Below are positions 1 to 10,800 of a DNA stretch of 64,000 nt, piece after piece. A model generated the notes under the pieces. That model worked only from the letters and a program-made list of their open reading frames with translations. It was not told where the DNA came from and ran no database searches. Made by a program: the position numbers and the translations under genes. Source of the DNA: a virus (taxonomy: Duplodnaviria; Caudoviricetes). Location: the IMG/VR virus record IMGVR_UViG_3300027754_000035, one strand, 5' to 3'. Numbering within the stretch: position 1 is the stretch's first letter; each line of letters begins with the position of its first letter.

Positions 1-71
1 TGCTTATTATAAGCCAGAAGAAAGAAAAGAAAATGCGGGGTAATTCTATCATACAAAACCAATTGATCGTA

Positions 72-79
72 TATTTATA
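72..79 (+). promoter_or_regulatory. Late-promoter-like TATTTATA box
   Basis: 5 nt before ATG 85; one of about 20 copies upstream of structural/late genes. Confidence 0.65.
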
Positions 80-84
80 GTAGA

Positions 85-2505
85 ATGTCAAATGCGCTGA
101 ACATCTATAACGAGAATTTTGGATATCAAGTTGTCACCAATGGAACATATGTGGCGATTGGTAATCCAAACTCAAAACCATACAGCTGTCAAGAGGGGTT
201 TATCCGCATTGGTGAAGTGTTGGTATATCAAAAAAACCGATTTCAGTCCAACTACTCATTTGCAAAAACATATCGTAGACAGGCGTCGGCACCAACTGTT
301 ATAACCCAAACTAGTTATGGTAAAGCACTGGCTATGTGTGATGATTGGTTGGCTGTGGCAGATACCGCATATAGTCAAAGTACCAGTGGAACACCAACAT
401 CGGGTTGTGGAGTAGACATTTATAGACTGTACAATACATCCCCAACCGCAAGTTGTGACACAGATCCGGCGTCATGGACGTTAGATTCAACTCCAGCATA
501 TTCAATAACATATACAGGCAATGTGTCTGATAAATTTGGTCAAGCTGTTGCGATCTCTGACAATTTTATGGTTGTTGGTGTCCCAGGTCACAACAGTGAT
601 CTGGGTAAAATAATGATTTATCGTTACGATGGTGCATCTGGATTTGTTTATTATAAAACTGTGGTGTGTCCCGATGTTGGTCAAAAATTGTTTGGTGCTG
701 CTGTTTCTATAGATAAACTTTCTGAAAATAGAATTGCTGTGGGAACTCTCACAACCACACAAAGTCGAGTTTATGTATATGATTTAACCAACGATGCAAA
801 TGTGAGTGTTACTTTGCGTCAACGGTTGGAACAAAACACAGCATCAAAATGGTTGCAGACAGGTGGTGATAATACGATTTCATTTTATCCATCTGGAAGC
901 AACGCTCAAACACATACTAGATATGGTTCTTCAGTGGCAATTTCCAATGATATTTTGATTGTTGGTGCTCCCAATGATTTGATTTACTATGAATACAGTG
1001 GTTCCGCACTGGTACGTCAACGGGGTGCTGCGTATGTGTACTATACACCATCTGGTTCTGGACAATATATACTTGAACAGAAATTGTATGGTGATGGCAA
1101 CACGTTCAAAGACAATCTGTTTGGATATAGCATTGATGTGGATGATAAGTACATATTGATTGGATCACCAAAACCTTATTTTCCATTTTCAAGTGTGTAT
1201 TTGTCGGCGTCTGTTGATCGATATAATTTGAATTTCGACGATGATGATTTTGGAGCAAGCACTTACAACGGTCAAACACTTTTGTATCGTTGGACAACCA
1301 ACCAATGCTCTGGATCAACTATATTGAATTTGGCTACCACCGCTCCAATTTCATATCGAAAACGCATAGGTGAGTGCTTTACTGCATTTGGAGAGTCGGT
1401 TGCACTATCCAACGACAACATTGTGATTGGAGCACCAGCACCGTTGGATGATGATTTGTATTTACAAACGCCGTTGCTGACTGAGCAAAGTGATACTCCA
1501 ACAACAGATTGCTCGACTGAGATTGCCGACATCTGGGAACTTGCAATGGAGGATTCAATTTGTGATTGTTCCGGTAATGAAATAAACGGTGGTGGAGGTG
1601 GAATCGTTTATGTTGTCGAGCAGCCCATTGTGGATGTATTTGGTAAAGCGTTTATTTACAACTTTTCTGATCTACAAAAGGACGCCAAGGTCGGAAATGT
1701 GTTCTATAACAACGATAAGTTCATTGTCAACAATACTGGTAGCGTACTACGTGATTTATTGCGTGACCCAACCAATACTTTGAATGATTATATCTACGGA
1801 TCATATCAAAGCCAAATAACGTTGAACGAAAAGCAGTTTATTTGCACAATTGAACCAGGCGAGTTTAATGTCAGCACAAATCCAACCGCAATCACTGGAT
1901 CTGCGTTTGATTATGCTATTTCAAACGACGAACAGTTCAACTTTACGGATCTAGATCTGATTCTTAGATATATTAATTCTAAATTGACCACCAATCGTAG
2001 TGAATATTGGTGGGATGTTTTGGTAGAGGGCGATATACAACAAAGTCAATTCACATTCTTTACGTCGTCGATGTACAACTACACACAAAGTAAATTGACA
2101 CCCGAGTTAAAGTGTGTACTCAACAGTAAGAATTTTGATATTAATAACGATGGTATTGTTGATTATTCCGATGCATACATGCTCTGGAATTACTATATTG
2201 AGAATCTAGAGATTGTTAATTATAAACAGTACATTTCTCCAACGTCAAGACGCAACAACTACGATGATATTATCAAGTTTTTGGATACTAAAACCGGCAA
2301 AGGTTTTGGCAATAAAATTAAAAATGAGTTCTTTGCTTATCACATCAGCGCATCTTTGGACCCAACTGGTTCCTATCTTGCTCCGTATATTACCGATGTA
2401 GGTTTGTATGCGGGCGCAGATTTGGTGGCTATTGGTAAAATTGCAAGTCCGATTAAAAATAACGGACAAATTCCAATCAATATTGTGGTGAAATGGGATA
2501 CCTAA
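85..2505 (+). CDS. Virion structural/adhesion protein: FG-GAP-like beta-propeller repeats, dockerin/EF-hand-like motif, C-terminal tail-collar-like domain
   Basis: Repeated FG-x-AVAISD..IVVGAP units (YGKALAM, FGQAVAISDNFMVVGVP, YGSSVAISNDILIVGAP, FGYSIDV, FGESVALSNDNIVIGAP); DINNDGIVDYSD Ca-binding-like motif; C-term YITDVGLY...LVAIGKIASPIK; TATTTATA at 72-79. Confidence 0.6.
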   Translation: MSNALNIYNENFGYQVVTNGTYVAIGNPNSKPYSCQEGFIRIGEVLVYQKNRFQSNYSFAKTYRRQASAPTVITQTSYGKALAMCDDWLAVADTAYSQSTSGTPTSGCGVDIYRLYNTSPTASCDTDPASWTLDSTPAYSITYTGNVSDKFGQAVAISDNFMVVGVPGHNSDLGKIMIYRYDGASGFVYYKTVVCPDVGQKLFGAAVSIDKLSENRIAVGTLTTTQSRVYVYDLTNDANVSVTLRQRLEQNTASKWLQTGGDNTISFYPSGSNAQTHTRYGSSVAISNDILIVGAPNDLIYYEYSGSALVRQRGAAYVYYTPSGSGQYILEQKLYGDGNTFKDNLFGYSIDVDDKYILIGSPKPYFPFSSVYLSASVDRYNLNFDDDDFGASTYNGQTLLYRWTTNQCSGSTILNLATTAPISYRKRIGECFTAFGESVALSNDNIVIGAPAPLDDDLYLQTPLLTEQSDTPTTDCSTEIADIWELAMEDSICDCSGNEINGGGGGIVYVVEQPIVDVFGKAFIYNFSDLQKDAKVGNVFYNNDKFIVNNTGSVLRDLLRDPTNTLNDYIYGSYQSQITLNEKQFICTIEPGEFNVSTNPTAITGSAFDYAISNDEQFNFTDLDLILRYINSKLTTNRSEYWWDVLVEGDIQQSQFTFFTSSMYNYTQSKLTPELKCVLNSKNFDINNDGIVDYSDAYMLWNYYIENLEIVNYKQYISPTSRRNNYDDIIKFLDTKTGKGFGNKIKNEFFAYHISASLDPTGSYLAPYITDVGLYAGADLVAIGKIASPIKNNGQIPINIVVKWDT

Positions 2506-2536
2506 CCCTATTTATTATAAAGAATACTAGAAACAT

Positions 2537-3022
2537 ATGGCAACCCAATCTGATAGCAAAGTGATTGATCGTGAGTCAACAAACAGAAGTTTGGCTGACA
2601 GATATTTATCGGGTCAAGCAGCGGGTGGTGCATACCAACCAGTTCAAAAGAACGTAAAATCCCAAGGAACCAATGAATTGGCAGTGCAGAACAGCATTGT
2701 TGATGCCAAGTATACTTCCACCAAGGGTTTCAAGTTGGGTACCAACACTGGTACTGAAAACTTTAACACTACTGCTTTGAATTATAGCGATAACATCAAT
2801 GGTGGTGTGCGTACCGATGGTGTTGATAAAATCGCAACCAATTGGAATGGTGCAGGAAGCAAAGCTGCTTTGTATACAACCACAGCCGGAGGATTCCAAA
2901 CCAAAGCAGCAGTGGGACAATCACAATTTAATGATGCTCAAGGACTACAGTCCAAGCAACAATCCCTTTATATGAAGGGGTTCAATAACCAAAAATACAG
3001 TAACGGTAAGTTTACTCGCTAA
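2537..3022 (+). CDS. Hypothetical protein with internal GF-x repeats (possible virion protein)
   Basis: 161-aa ORF; repeated GFKLGTNTG..NF / GFQTKAAVG..QF / GFNNQKY segments; TATTTAT at 2509. Confidence 0.5.
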   Translation: MATQSDSKVIDRESTNRSLADRYLSGQAAGGAYQPVQKNVKSQGTNELAVQNSIVDAKYTSTKGFKLGTNTGTENFNTTALNYSDNINGGVRTDGVDKIATNWNGAGSKAALYTTTAGGFQTKAAVGQSQFNDAQGLQSKQQSLYMKGFNNQKYSNGKFTR

Positions 3023-3041
3023 ACTCACTATGTATTAGGTA

Positions 3042-3554
3042 ATGGTTATACTAGGGTTAGATTCGTCCACATCAGTAACAGGTTGGGCATTTAGAGAGGA
3101 TAAAAAGATCCTCTCTGCTGGTTTTGTTGACACCAAAAAATTCGATACAACCAAGGAAAAGACGCAACACGTTATTTCCGTTTTACAAAAAGATCCAAAC
3201 ATGAAGAATGTGGATCATGTTAACTTGGAGGCAGCACTCAGTGGGTTTGCCGGTGGATTTACGTCACAACAGGTCATTATAACACTAGCACGACACAATG
3301 CGGTGTTTGCCTACATAATGGAAGAACACTTAAAGAAGAAGGTAAATCTTTTGAGTGTGACCACAATGCGTAAGCATCTGTTTGGTAAGTGTCGTATCAA
3401 GGGCATCAAACCCAAGGAATTTGTAAAACAACAGTTGGAGTCGTTGATGCCAGATGTAATACAGTTCGCCGTATTGAATAAAAAAAACAAGTGGGACGAG
3501 CGGAATAGTGATATGTACGATGCTGTGGTATGCGCCATGTACGACGCAAATTAA
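3042..3554 (+). CDS. ruvC: RuvC-like Holliday junction resolvase
   Basis: N-terminal ILGLDSSTSVTGWA (catalytic D), VNLEAALSGF (E), C-terminal DMYDAVVCA (D..D). Confidence 0.8.
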   Translation: MVILGLDSSTSVTGWAFREDKKILSAGFVDTKKFDTTKEKTQHVISVLQKDPNMKNVDHVNLEAALSGFAGGFTSQQVIITLARHNAVFAYIMEEHLKKKVNLLSVTTMRKHLFGKCRIKGIKPKEFVKQQLESLMPDVIQFAVLNKKNKWDERNSDMYDAVVCAMYDAN

Positions 3555-3558
3555 AAAA

Positions 3559-3586
3559 TTGCAACTCGTAAGATGTGGTGTATGCT
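3559..3586 (+). promoter_or_regulatory. sigma70-like promoter for primase
   Basis: TTGCAA-16 nt-TATGCT, 11 nt before ATG. Confidence 0.5.
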
Positions 3587-3597
3587 ACTGTAGACGT

Positions 3598-4518
3598 ATG
3601 GTTGAAACATCGGTACTAGATATACTTACAAAGTTGTTTAAGCATCGCCCACATATTCAGAAGGGCGGTGAAGAACTCATGTTTTTCTGTCCAAGTTGCA
3701 ACCACTACAAGCGTAAACTAAATATTAATACCAATAGTGGTTATTATCACTGTTGGGTGTGTAATTTTAGTGGCAAAAGTTACAAGAGCTTGTTGAGCAA
3801 GATCAAGGCACCATCAGAATTCTACGAAGTTCTGTGCAAAATCAAGGTGTCCAAGACTCAAAACCATAACGAAGTCAAAAAGTTGTTTTTGCCTTATGAA
3901 TTCAAGCCGTTGTATAAACCATCACCCGAAGTAGCGTATAAACACGCTGTGTCGTATTGTGTGAGTCGTGGACTCACGGTGTATGACATGATTAGATACA
4001 ACATCGGGTATTGTACTGAGGGGCAGTTCCAGAACCGCATTGTGGTACCATCGTATAATGCCACAGGCGAATTGAATTTTTATTGTGGTCGTGACTATTA
4101 CAATAGTAAAATAAAGTATCGGCTGTGTGAGTCAACAAAAGACATTGTTGGGTTTGAGATGCTGACAGATTTTACCAAACCTATCACGTTGGTAGAGGGT
4201 GTATTTGATGCATTTTCAGTAAAGTATAATGCTGTACCATTGTTTGGGAAAACACTCAGCAGCAAACTTAAAATAAAGTTGATGACCCAAAAACCTCCCC
4301 GAGTTAATGTGTTGTTGGATAATGATGCCATCAAAAGTAGTCTTGAGATATGCACCTTTCTGATTCAGAATCAGATTGATGCGTACTTAGTTTTATTGGA
4401 CGGTAAAGATCCCAATGAAATTGGACATACAAAGACATGGCAAAACATTGATGCTAGTGTTAAGATGGATGAAACAACGTTGTTTAAGATGAAAATGAAA
4501 CTGAAGCACAATCTATGA
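3598..4518 (+). CDS. DNA primase (DnaG/T4 gp61-like)
   Basis: Zn finger CPSC...HCWVC; YCVSRGL, YNIGYC, NRIVVP; TOPRIM LVEGVFDA and LLDND; ATG at 3598 follows a sigma70-like promoter. Confidence 0.9.
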   Translation: MVETSVLDILTKLFKHRPHIQKGGEELMFFCPSCNHYKRKLNINTNSGYYHCWVCNFSGKSYKSLLSKIKAPSEFYEVLCKIKVSKTQNHNEVKKLFLPYEFKPLYKPSPEVAYKHAVSYCVSRGLTVYDMIRYNIGYCTEGQFQNRIVVPSYNATGELNFYCGRDYYNSKIKYRLCESTKDIVGFEMLTDFTKPITLVEGVFDAFSVKYNAVPLFGKTLSSKLKIKLMTQKPPRVNVLLDNDAIKSSLEICTFLIQNQIDAYLVLLDGKDPNEIGHTKTWQNIDASVKMDETTLFKMKMKLKHNL

Positions 4519-7500
4519 TAGTTCTAAAAAATACAGATACGAAATTTGACTTTGCGGTTCAAGTCTCGGATATTCATATCAGACTCACCAAACGCCATGA
4601 CGAATATACAAGTGTATTTGATAGATTCTATGGTTTCTTGGACAAGCTTGGTAAAAATGCCAGTGCTATTTGTGTTGTGACCGGAGATGTGTTTCACAAT
4701 AAAAGCGATCTAAGTCCAGAGTGTGTTCATATTGGTATTGATTTTCTCAAAAATTGTGCCAACAGAATGCCCACGATTTTGATCGCAGGTAATCATGATG
4801 CTACGTTGGCAAACAAAAGTAGATTGGATTGTTTGACGCCAATCGTTCAAGGACTGAATCATCCAAATCTATATTATCTCAAGTCCAGCGACGTTTTCCG
4901 CTACGAAAATATTCTTTTCAACCATTTTAGTGTATTTGATGAACCAGATAAATACATCAAGTATGACAGCATTCCGCCCAAATATCGACACGAAACTGAA
5001 CACCACGTTGCGTTGTTTCATGGTCCAGTTAACAACGCAGTAACCGACGTAGGATATACTGTTAGTAATCGTGCCATCACCAACGAATTGTTTGATGGTC
5101 ATCAGATTGTGATGTTGGGCGATATTCACAAGCATCAAATTTTGCAAGAATATGATGATGCAAACGGCAAACCCGTAGTTGTATATGCCGGTAGCATGAT
5201 TCAACAGAATCATGGCGAAGACCTCAAGGGGCATGGGTTTTTGTTGTGGGATTTGAAGCGTAAGATGTTCAAGCATTATGAACTAGCCAACGATTATGGC
5301 TTCTACACGGTAGAAATCAATAAGGGAAAGTTACTTACTGACATCAAGGATCTGCCTAAAAAGGCACGTATTCGCACCAAGTGTTTTGAATCTATTCCGT
5401 CGCAGGTCAAAGATGTGATGGCTGAACTCAAGCAAAAGTGTGAAATACTTGAATCCACATTTATTCGCGTGGATGAATTCGATACCAACAACAGCAAAGT
5501 TACACATCTCCTTGATATCCATAATATTTTCAACGTAGATTATCAGAATAAGTTGATTGAGGATAGTCTGACTGGCAAGAAAGTTGATGCCGCCTTGATT
5601 GAAAAAGTCAAGATACTCAACAAAACCATCAATACCCAAATCCCAAAGGATAAAACCCCCAAGAACATTCGTTGGAAACCCAAGACTTTTGAGTTTGACA
5701 ACATGTTTAGTTACGGTGAAGGCAATTTTATTGATTTTACTCAACTACGGGGAACTATTGGTTTGTTTGCTCCAAATGCCAGCGGTAAGAGTAGCATCAT
5801 GGATGCATTGGCATTTTGTGTCTTTGATAAATTCAGCAAAGGCTACAAAGCGGGACATGTGTTAAATACACAAAAAATGACTTTCAAGTGTAAATTTAAC
5901 TTTGAGGTTAGTGGTGTTGATTACTTTATTGAACGTGAGGGTAAAGCTGATAAAAAGGGTAACGTAAAGGTTGAAGTTAAATTCTATAAGCTTGAAAATG
6001 GAAATGAAGTTCCATTGAACGGAGAAGCTCGTAGAAGTACCAATGATATCATTCGTGATTATGTGGGTACATACGACGATTTTATTCTTACCGTATTGAG
6101 TATTCAAAACAGCAAGACAGGTTCATTTGTGGATCTTGGACAAACCGAGCGTAAGGATTTGTTGTGCCAATTTATGGGTCTCAATGTATTTGATCAATTG
6201 TATAATATTGCCAATGAGAACTTCAAGGAAACCAATACTCTGTTGAAGAGTGTCAGCAAGGATCAGCTAGACGCAGATCTTGTTAATATATCTGGTAGTA
6301 TTGATATTAACCAATCAAACATCACATCTTTTAATTCTGAGTTGACAGTACTGGAACAAACGAAGGATGAGCACAACAACAATCTTTTGCAACTGAGCAA
6401 GAATATTGTTAAGCTAGATTCGGTTAAGTATGTTGATATCGTCGGATTGGAAAAAAACAAGATTGACTATGAAGAAAAAGTTGGTAAGTTTCAATCGGAC
6501 ATCGTTGACAACAAGACCAAAATGGAGTCAATTGAATTGCAACTTTCACAGTTGAGTTCTTCTTTGAAATTGTGTGAGAACATTGAGACCACCTATCAAG
6601 AATATAAGGATGTCAAGAAACTTGAGGAAAGCAAACAGCATCAGATTGACAGACTAAAGGTTGTCATAAAGAGCAAGGTTGATAAGCTCAAGAAACTTGA
6701 GGAACACAAGTATGACCCTAACTGCGAATACTGTATCAATAACGTGTTCGTAAAAGATGCTATTGCTACAAAACAAGATCTCGAAAATGAAAAGATCAAT
6801 GCCGCCATTATCATAGGCGAATACAACACATTAAAAGCCAAGGTCGAGGCGTTTGGCGATATAGAAACCACATATCAGACCTGTCAGAGTGGGAATAATG
6901 AGAAAATTAAATTGGAAAAACGTCGGGAGATTATAAACACATCAATACTCCGAGATGAAAATTATTTGATAACATTACAAAACACGTTGAAAGCCACAGT
7001 TGATGCAATTGATAATTTCTATAAAAATAAGGATACTATTGAGAACAACCAAATGTTGTTGAATCAGATTGACGAACACAAGGCTATTATCAAGGATATT
7101 GAATCTGAAATTAAGTCTGTGAATTCAAAATTGTTCACGGCGTCAACCGAAAAGGGTAAGTTGGAACTTCAATACAAGAATACTACCGAGCAATTGAATA
7201 AGGTCAAAGAGTTGGAGGTATCATACGAAGCATACAAACTATATACTGCTGTTATTAGCCGTGACGGTATTCCATATGAAGTTATCACCAAAACTTTGCC
7301 GGAAATTGAAAAAGAGGTCAACAATATTTTGAGCCAAATCGTTGAATTCACAGTAACTCTTACAACCGATGGCAAAAACATCATGAGCAACATTGTTTAT
7401 GATGATAAGCGTTGGCCGTTGGAGATGGCTAGTGGAATGGAAAAGTTTGTGAGCGGGTTGGCTATTCGTGTAGCATTGATCAACATTAGTAATCTACCAA

Positions 7501-7703
7501 GACCCAATATTATTTGCATTGACGAGGGATGGGGGACGTTAGATCAATCAAACATAGCATCTGTTGGTAACTTATTTACATATCTAAAACATCAATTTGA
7601 TTTCATTTGGATCATTTCACATTTAGATTCTATAAAAGACTCAGTTGACGTTTTGCTAGAGATTACGAAGGAGAATGGTTTCTCTAAAATTGTTTATAAA
7701 TGA
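4515..7703 (+). CDS. Mre11/SbcD nuclease fused to Rad50/SbcC ATPase (gp47+gp46 in one chain)
   Basis: Phosphoesterase motifs SDIH, GDVFH, AGNHD, FHG, LGDIHK; Walker A APNASGKSS; coiled coil with Zn hook CEYC; signature ASGMEK; Walker B IDEGWGTLD; H-loop ISH. Confidence 0.92.
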   Translation: MIVLKNTDTKFDFAVQVSDIHIRLTKRHDEYTSVFDRFYGFLDKLGKNASAICVVTGDVFHNKSDLSPECVHIGIDFLKNCANRMPTILIAGNHDATLANKSRLDCLTPIVQGLNHPNLYYLKSSDVFRYENILFNHFSVFDEPDKYIKYDSIPPKYRHETEHHVALFHGPVNNAVTDVGYTVSNRAITNELFDGHQIVMLGDIHKHQILQEYDDANGKPVVVYAGSMIQQNHGEDLKGHGFLLWDLKRKMFKHYELANDYGFYTVEINKGKLLTDIKDLPKKARIRTKCFESIPSQVKDVMAELKQKCEILESTFIRVDEFDTNNSKVTHLLDIHNIFNVDYQNKLIEDSLTGKKVDAALIEKVKILNKTINTQIPKDKTPKNIRWKPKTFEFDNMFSYGEGNFIDFTQLRGTIGLFAPNASGKSSIMDALAFCVFDKFSKGYKAGHVLNTQKMTFKCKFNFEVSGVDYFIEREGKADKKGNVKVEVKFYKLENGNEVPLNGEARRSTNDIIRDYVGTYDDFILTVLSIQNSKTGSFVDLGQTERKDLLCQFMGLNVFDQLYNIANENFKETNTLLKSVSKDQLDADLVNISGSIDINQSNITSFNSELTVLEQTKDEHNNNLLQLSKNIVKLDSVKYVDIVGLEKNKIDYEEKVGKFQSDIVDNKTKMESIELQLSQLSSSLKLCENIETTYQEYKDVKKLEESKQHQIDRLKVVIKSKVDKLKKLEEHKYDPNCEYCINNVFVKDAIATKQDLENEKINAAIIIGEYNTLKAKVEAFGDIETTYQTCQSGNNEKIKLEKRREIINTSILRDENYLITLQNTLKATVDAIDNFYKNKDTIENNQMLLNQIDEHKAIIKDIESEIKSVNSKLFTASTEKGKLELQYKNTTEQLNKVKELEVSYEAYKLYTAVISRDGIPYEVITKTLPEIEKEVNNILSQIVEFTVTLTTDGKNIMSNIVYDDKRWPLEMASGMEKFVSGLAIRVALINISNLPRPNIICIDEGWGTLDQSNIASVGNLFTYLKHQFDFIWIISHLDSIKDSVDVLLEITKENGFSKIVYK

Positions 7704-7810
7704 TTAGAGTTCTTGAAGACAAAAAAAGAAAATGGGTATAGTAAGATAGATTTTCGGTAAGAAAAAATACAAGTTGATATAAATAGTTCACGGTTCCACT
7801 TTTTTGGCAA

Positions 7811-7818
7811 TATTTATA
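7811..7818 (+). promoter_or_regulatory. Late-promoter-like TATTTATA box (sheath)
   Basis: 53 nt before ATG; leader has AAAGGA. Confidence 0.65.
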
Positions 7819-7871
7819 AAGTAAACATAACTATCCAAAGTTAGGGTTAACACTGAAAGGAATATAAACAT

Positions 7872-10800
7872 ATGCCAATACAAGAAGGTGGACGTTGGAG
7901 TCCAGAACAATCAATAGTATCTCCCGGCGTTTTTACCCGAGAGATTGATCAATCGGGCCTCGCCCAAGGCGTGGCCAACATCGGTGGTGCTATCGTGGCA
8001 CCATTTGCAGACGGTCCTGCATTTTTTCCAAGAATCGTCACCGACGTTGCAACATTAGAACAGGTGTTCGGTGTTGCTGACGGCGTTTATTACGGACCAT
8101 ACACCACCAAGGAATACTTGATTCAACAAGGCGTCGTAACAGTCGTTCGTGTTGGTGGTTTGACTGGTTATTGGCAAAAGAATCCGCTGGTGGTTTATGC
8201 ACAACCCGGCGCTTGGGCACGCAGCAGCGATATTGGTGCATTGACAACAGCATCGTTCATGTATTTGAACAGTGACAACTATACTGCAAATATTCAATAC
8301 GTTCACTCAAGTTCAGCATGGGTAATCCCTGCCGCTGGTACATCCGGTATTCCTACAGGCCCTGAGTCTGGTATCAGCGCAAGTATTAGTTTGACTACCA
8401 AGGCACAAGTAGTAAGTTTCCTTGGATCTTACTCATATTTGGCAAATATCAATAATTTGTCAGCATCGTTGTCAACAGCATTGACTGCAAGAAAATTGGT
8501 AAGTATTACTACCCTTAATGCATATGCCGCATTTAGCGCATCGGTTGTGGCAGGTAGCGGCAAGGTCGCCAAAAATGGTGGATCTTCTGATTATGCTCTG
8601 GCTGCGTTCGACGTGGAAAAATTCATTCCAAAAGGTGGTTTCTATGTGTCGGGGTCTGGTTTAGCTCAAGAAACTCGATCATTGAATTCAACACTCAATG
8701 GTGTGTGTACTGGTAACAATGCCGTTCGTAGTTGGCCCGCTAACTCTGGTTCGTATTTGACAGCATCAATCACAGTTTCGGATGGTCAAGTAACTTGGCC
8801 ATTTGTGTTTATTCTGTCAGCATATCCATCGGTCGCAAACACCACGGGATATACTTTCAATAAACTAGCAGGATCTATTAAGAATCTATTTGCGCCGGTA
8901 GTTGCGTATGATAATTCGTTTGTAAAGTTTAGTGGTAGCATCAGTGCTCGCTTTGGTGCTGCTGCACTGACCAGCAATTATCCAGCAAATTATGCTGGTA
9001 CTGGGTATTTGAGTGGTAGCCAACTATACGGTGGCAAGCAATTGAGTCTGGGAACTGTTGGTACTACCAATCGATTGGTTAGAAAATTCACAGCCCAAGG
9101 GCCTGGAAACACCAACTACAGTGGGTTTTTCTATATGTCATCAAGTGCTCAAGGTCAAAACACCGATGAAGCAACTCAAATTGCAACAGCAATCAACGAA
9201 AGCTCTGAAACTGTGTTTCGGTTGAGTTCTTCTAAGTTGAATATGGGTAGCACCACATCAGACATTACTTTGGCATATGACAAAGACACATTTGATGCAA
9301 CCAGCACACTGATTGTTCACAGCGCAAGTTTCGCAAGTGTACGTAGTGCCGCTACTTGCGGCGCAGCACTTCGCTTCTTGGGTATTGTATCAGGTGCATA
9401 CGGTCCATACGATGGTACATTCGTAGCCGATGCTAATGGAAGCGCAGATCCATGTAATCCTGCTGGTGACGGTCGTAAGAACATGGTGTTGGGTGTGTTG
9501 GCTAATACCCAAAATGCTTCAACTCAATTCGACAACAACTATGCGGTATATGGATTTGTGGACTCAACCGTGGCTCAATTGACAAGCTCTGTATATCCTT
9601 ACAAGGGCAACATCAATCCTACCGAAAACCAATATCAATTGGCTTTGCGTTACAACTTCACCGATCCGGATGGTAACACCACAGATGGTACATATGGTTA
9701 CTATGGTTTCAGCTTGAATGAGTCTGACAACAACTACATCAAGGATGTGTTTGGTGCCGATCCTACGGTTGGTAATCCATCAAAGCAAATCGCTGGACAG
9801 AAGGTAGAAGCAGCATACACCTACGTTTTGTTTGAAGACAGCATTCAACGTTTCTTGGCAGAAAAGACTCGTTCAACAGCTGAGGGTGGTGGTTGGAAAT
9901 TGCAAGTGGCAACCGCGCCTTCGTCTGGATTCAGCGTTGGTGAATCTATGAAATTCGTAGATCAATATTCATACGATCCAAACAGTGGTGATTCACAATT
10001 CGCAATCAGCAATGCATCAACACCTTGGATCTACAGTCAACAAATTGCTCCATTCAAGGGTAGTTCAGATGCATCTGCACACCCAGTCAAGTTCAAGTTG
10101 TTTAAGGTTCATACCTTGAGCGATGGTACATTGAGTAACCAAAAGTACAAGATCGAAATCAGCAACGTCAAGTTGGCTGGTACAGTTCCAGGTAGCAACT
10201 ATGGTACGTTTACACTCGCAGTTCGCTCATATAGCGATACTGATAAGCGTCCTAAGTATTTGGAAATCTACCAAAACTTGAACCTTGACCCAGACAGCGC
10301 AAACTTCGTGGCTCGCCGCATCGGTGACCGTTACGCATATATTACCTTCTCAGGTAAGATTGTGGAATACGGAACTTATGTAAACTTGAGCCGTAACATT
10401 CGTATTGAAATGACAGACACTGCTTACCCAGAGAGTATCGTTCCTTACGGATTTGAATCATATAGTAGCCCAGTCGATAGTACGTTGAGTACCTTCTTGC
10501 CAGCAGTTCGCTACAGCAAGGCTTCTATCTACGGTCTTGGACCCGGTAAGTATCCATCGGGTACTGTGTTTGGTGAAGTTCCAGAGGCAAGTGAAGAAAT
10601 TGCATATCTGTATCCTACCGCATCGTTTGGTGTTGGTGTAGATATTGATACCAAGCAATGGTTCAAGCCGCTGCCATACTACGGTGGTAATGATCAAAAC
10701 GGTGACAACATCGACTTTGATCTTGAAGCCAAGGTTTGGGGAACTGAAAACGCTCACTATTATGCTCAAGGTGTGGCCGCAAGCACGGGTTCACTCCTAG

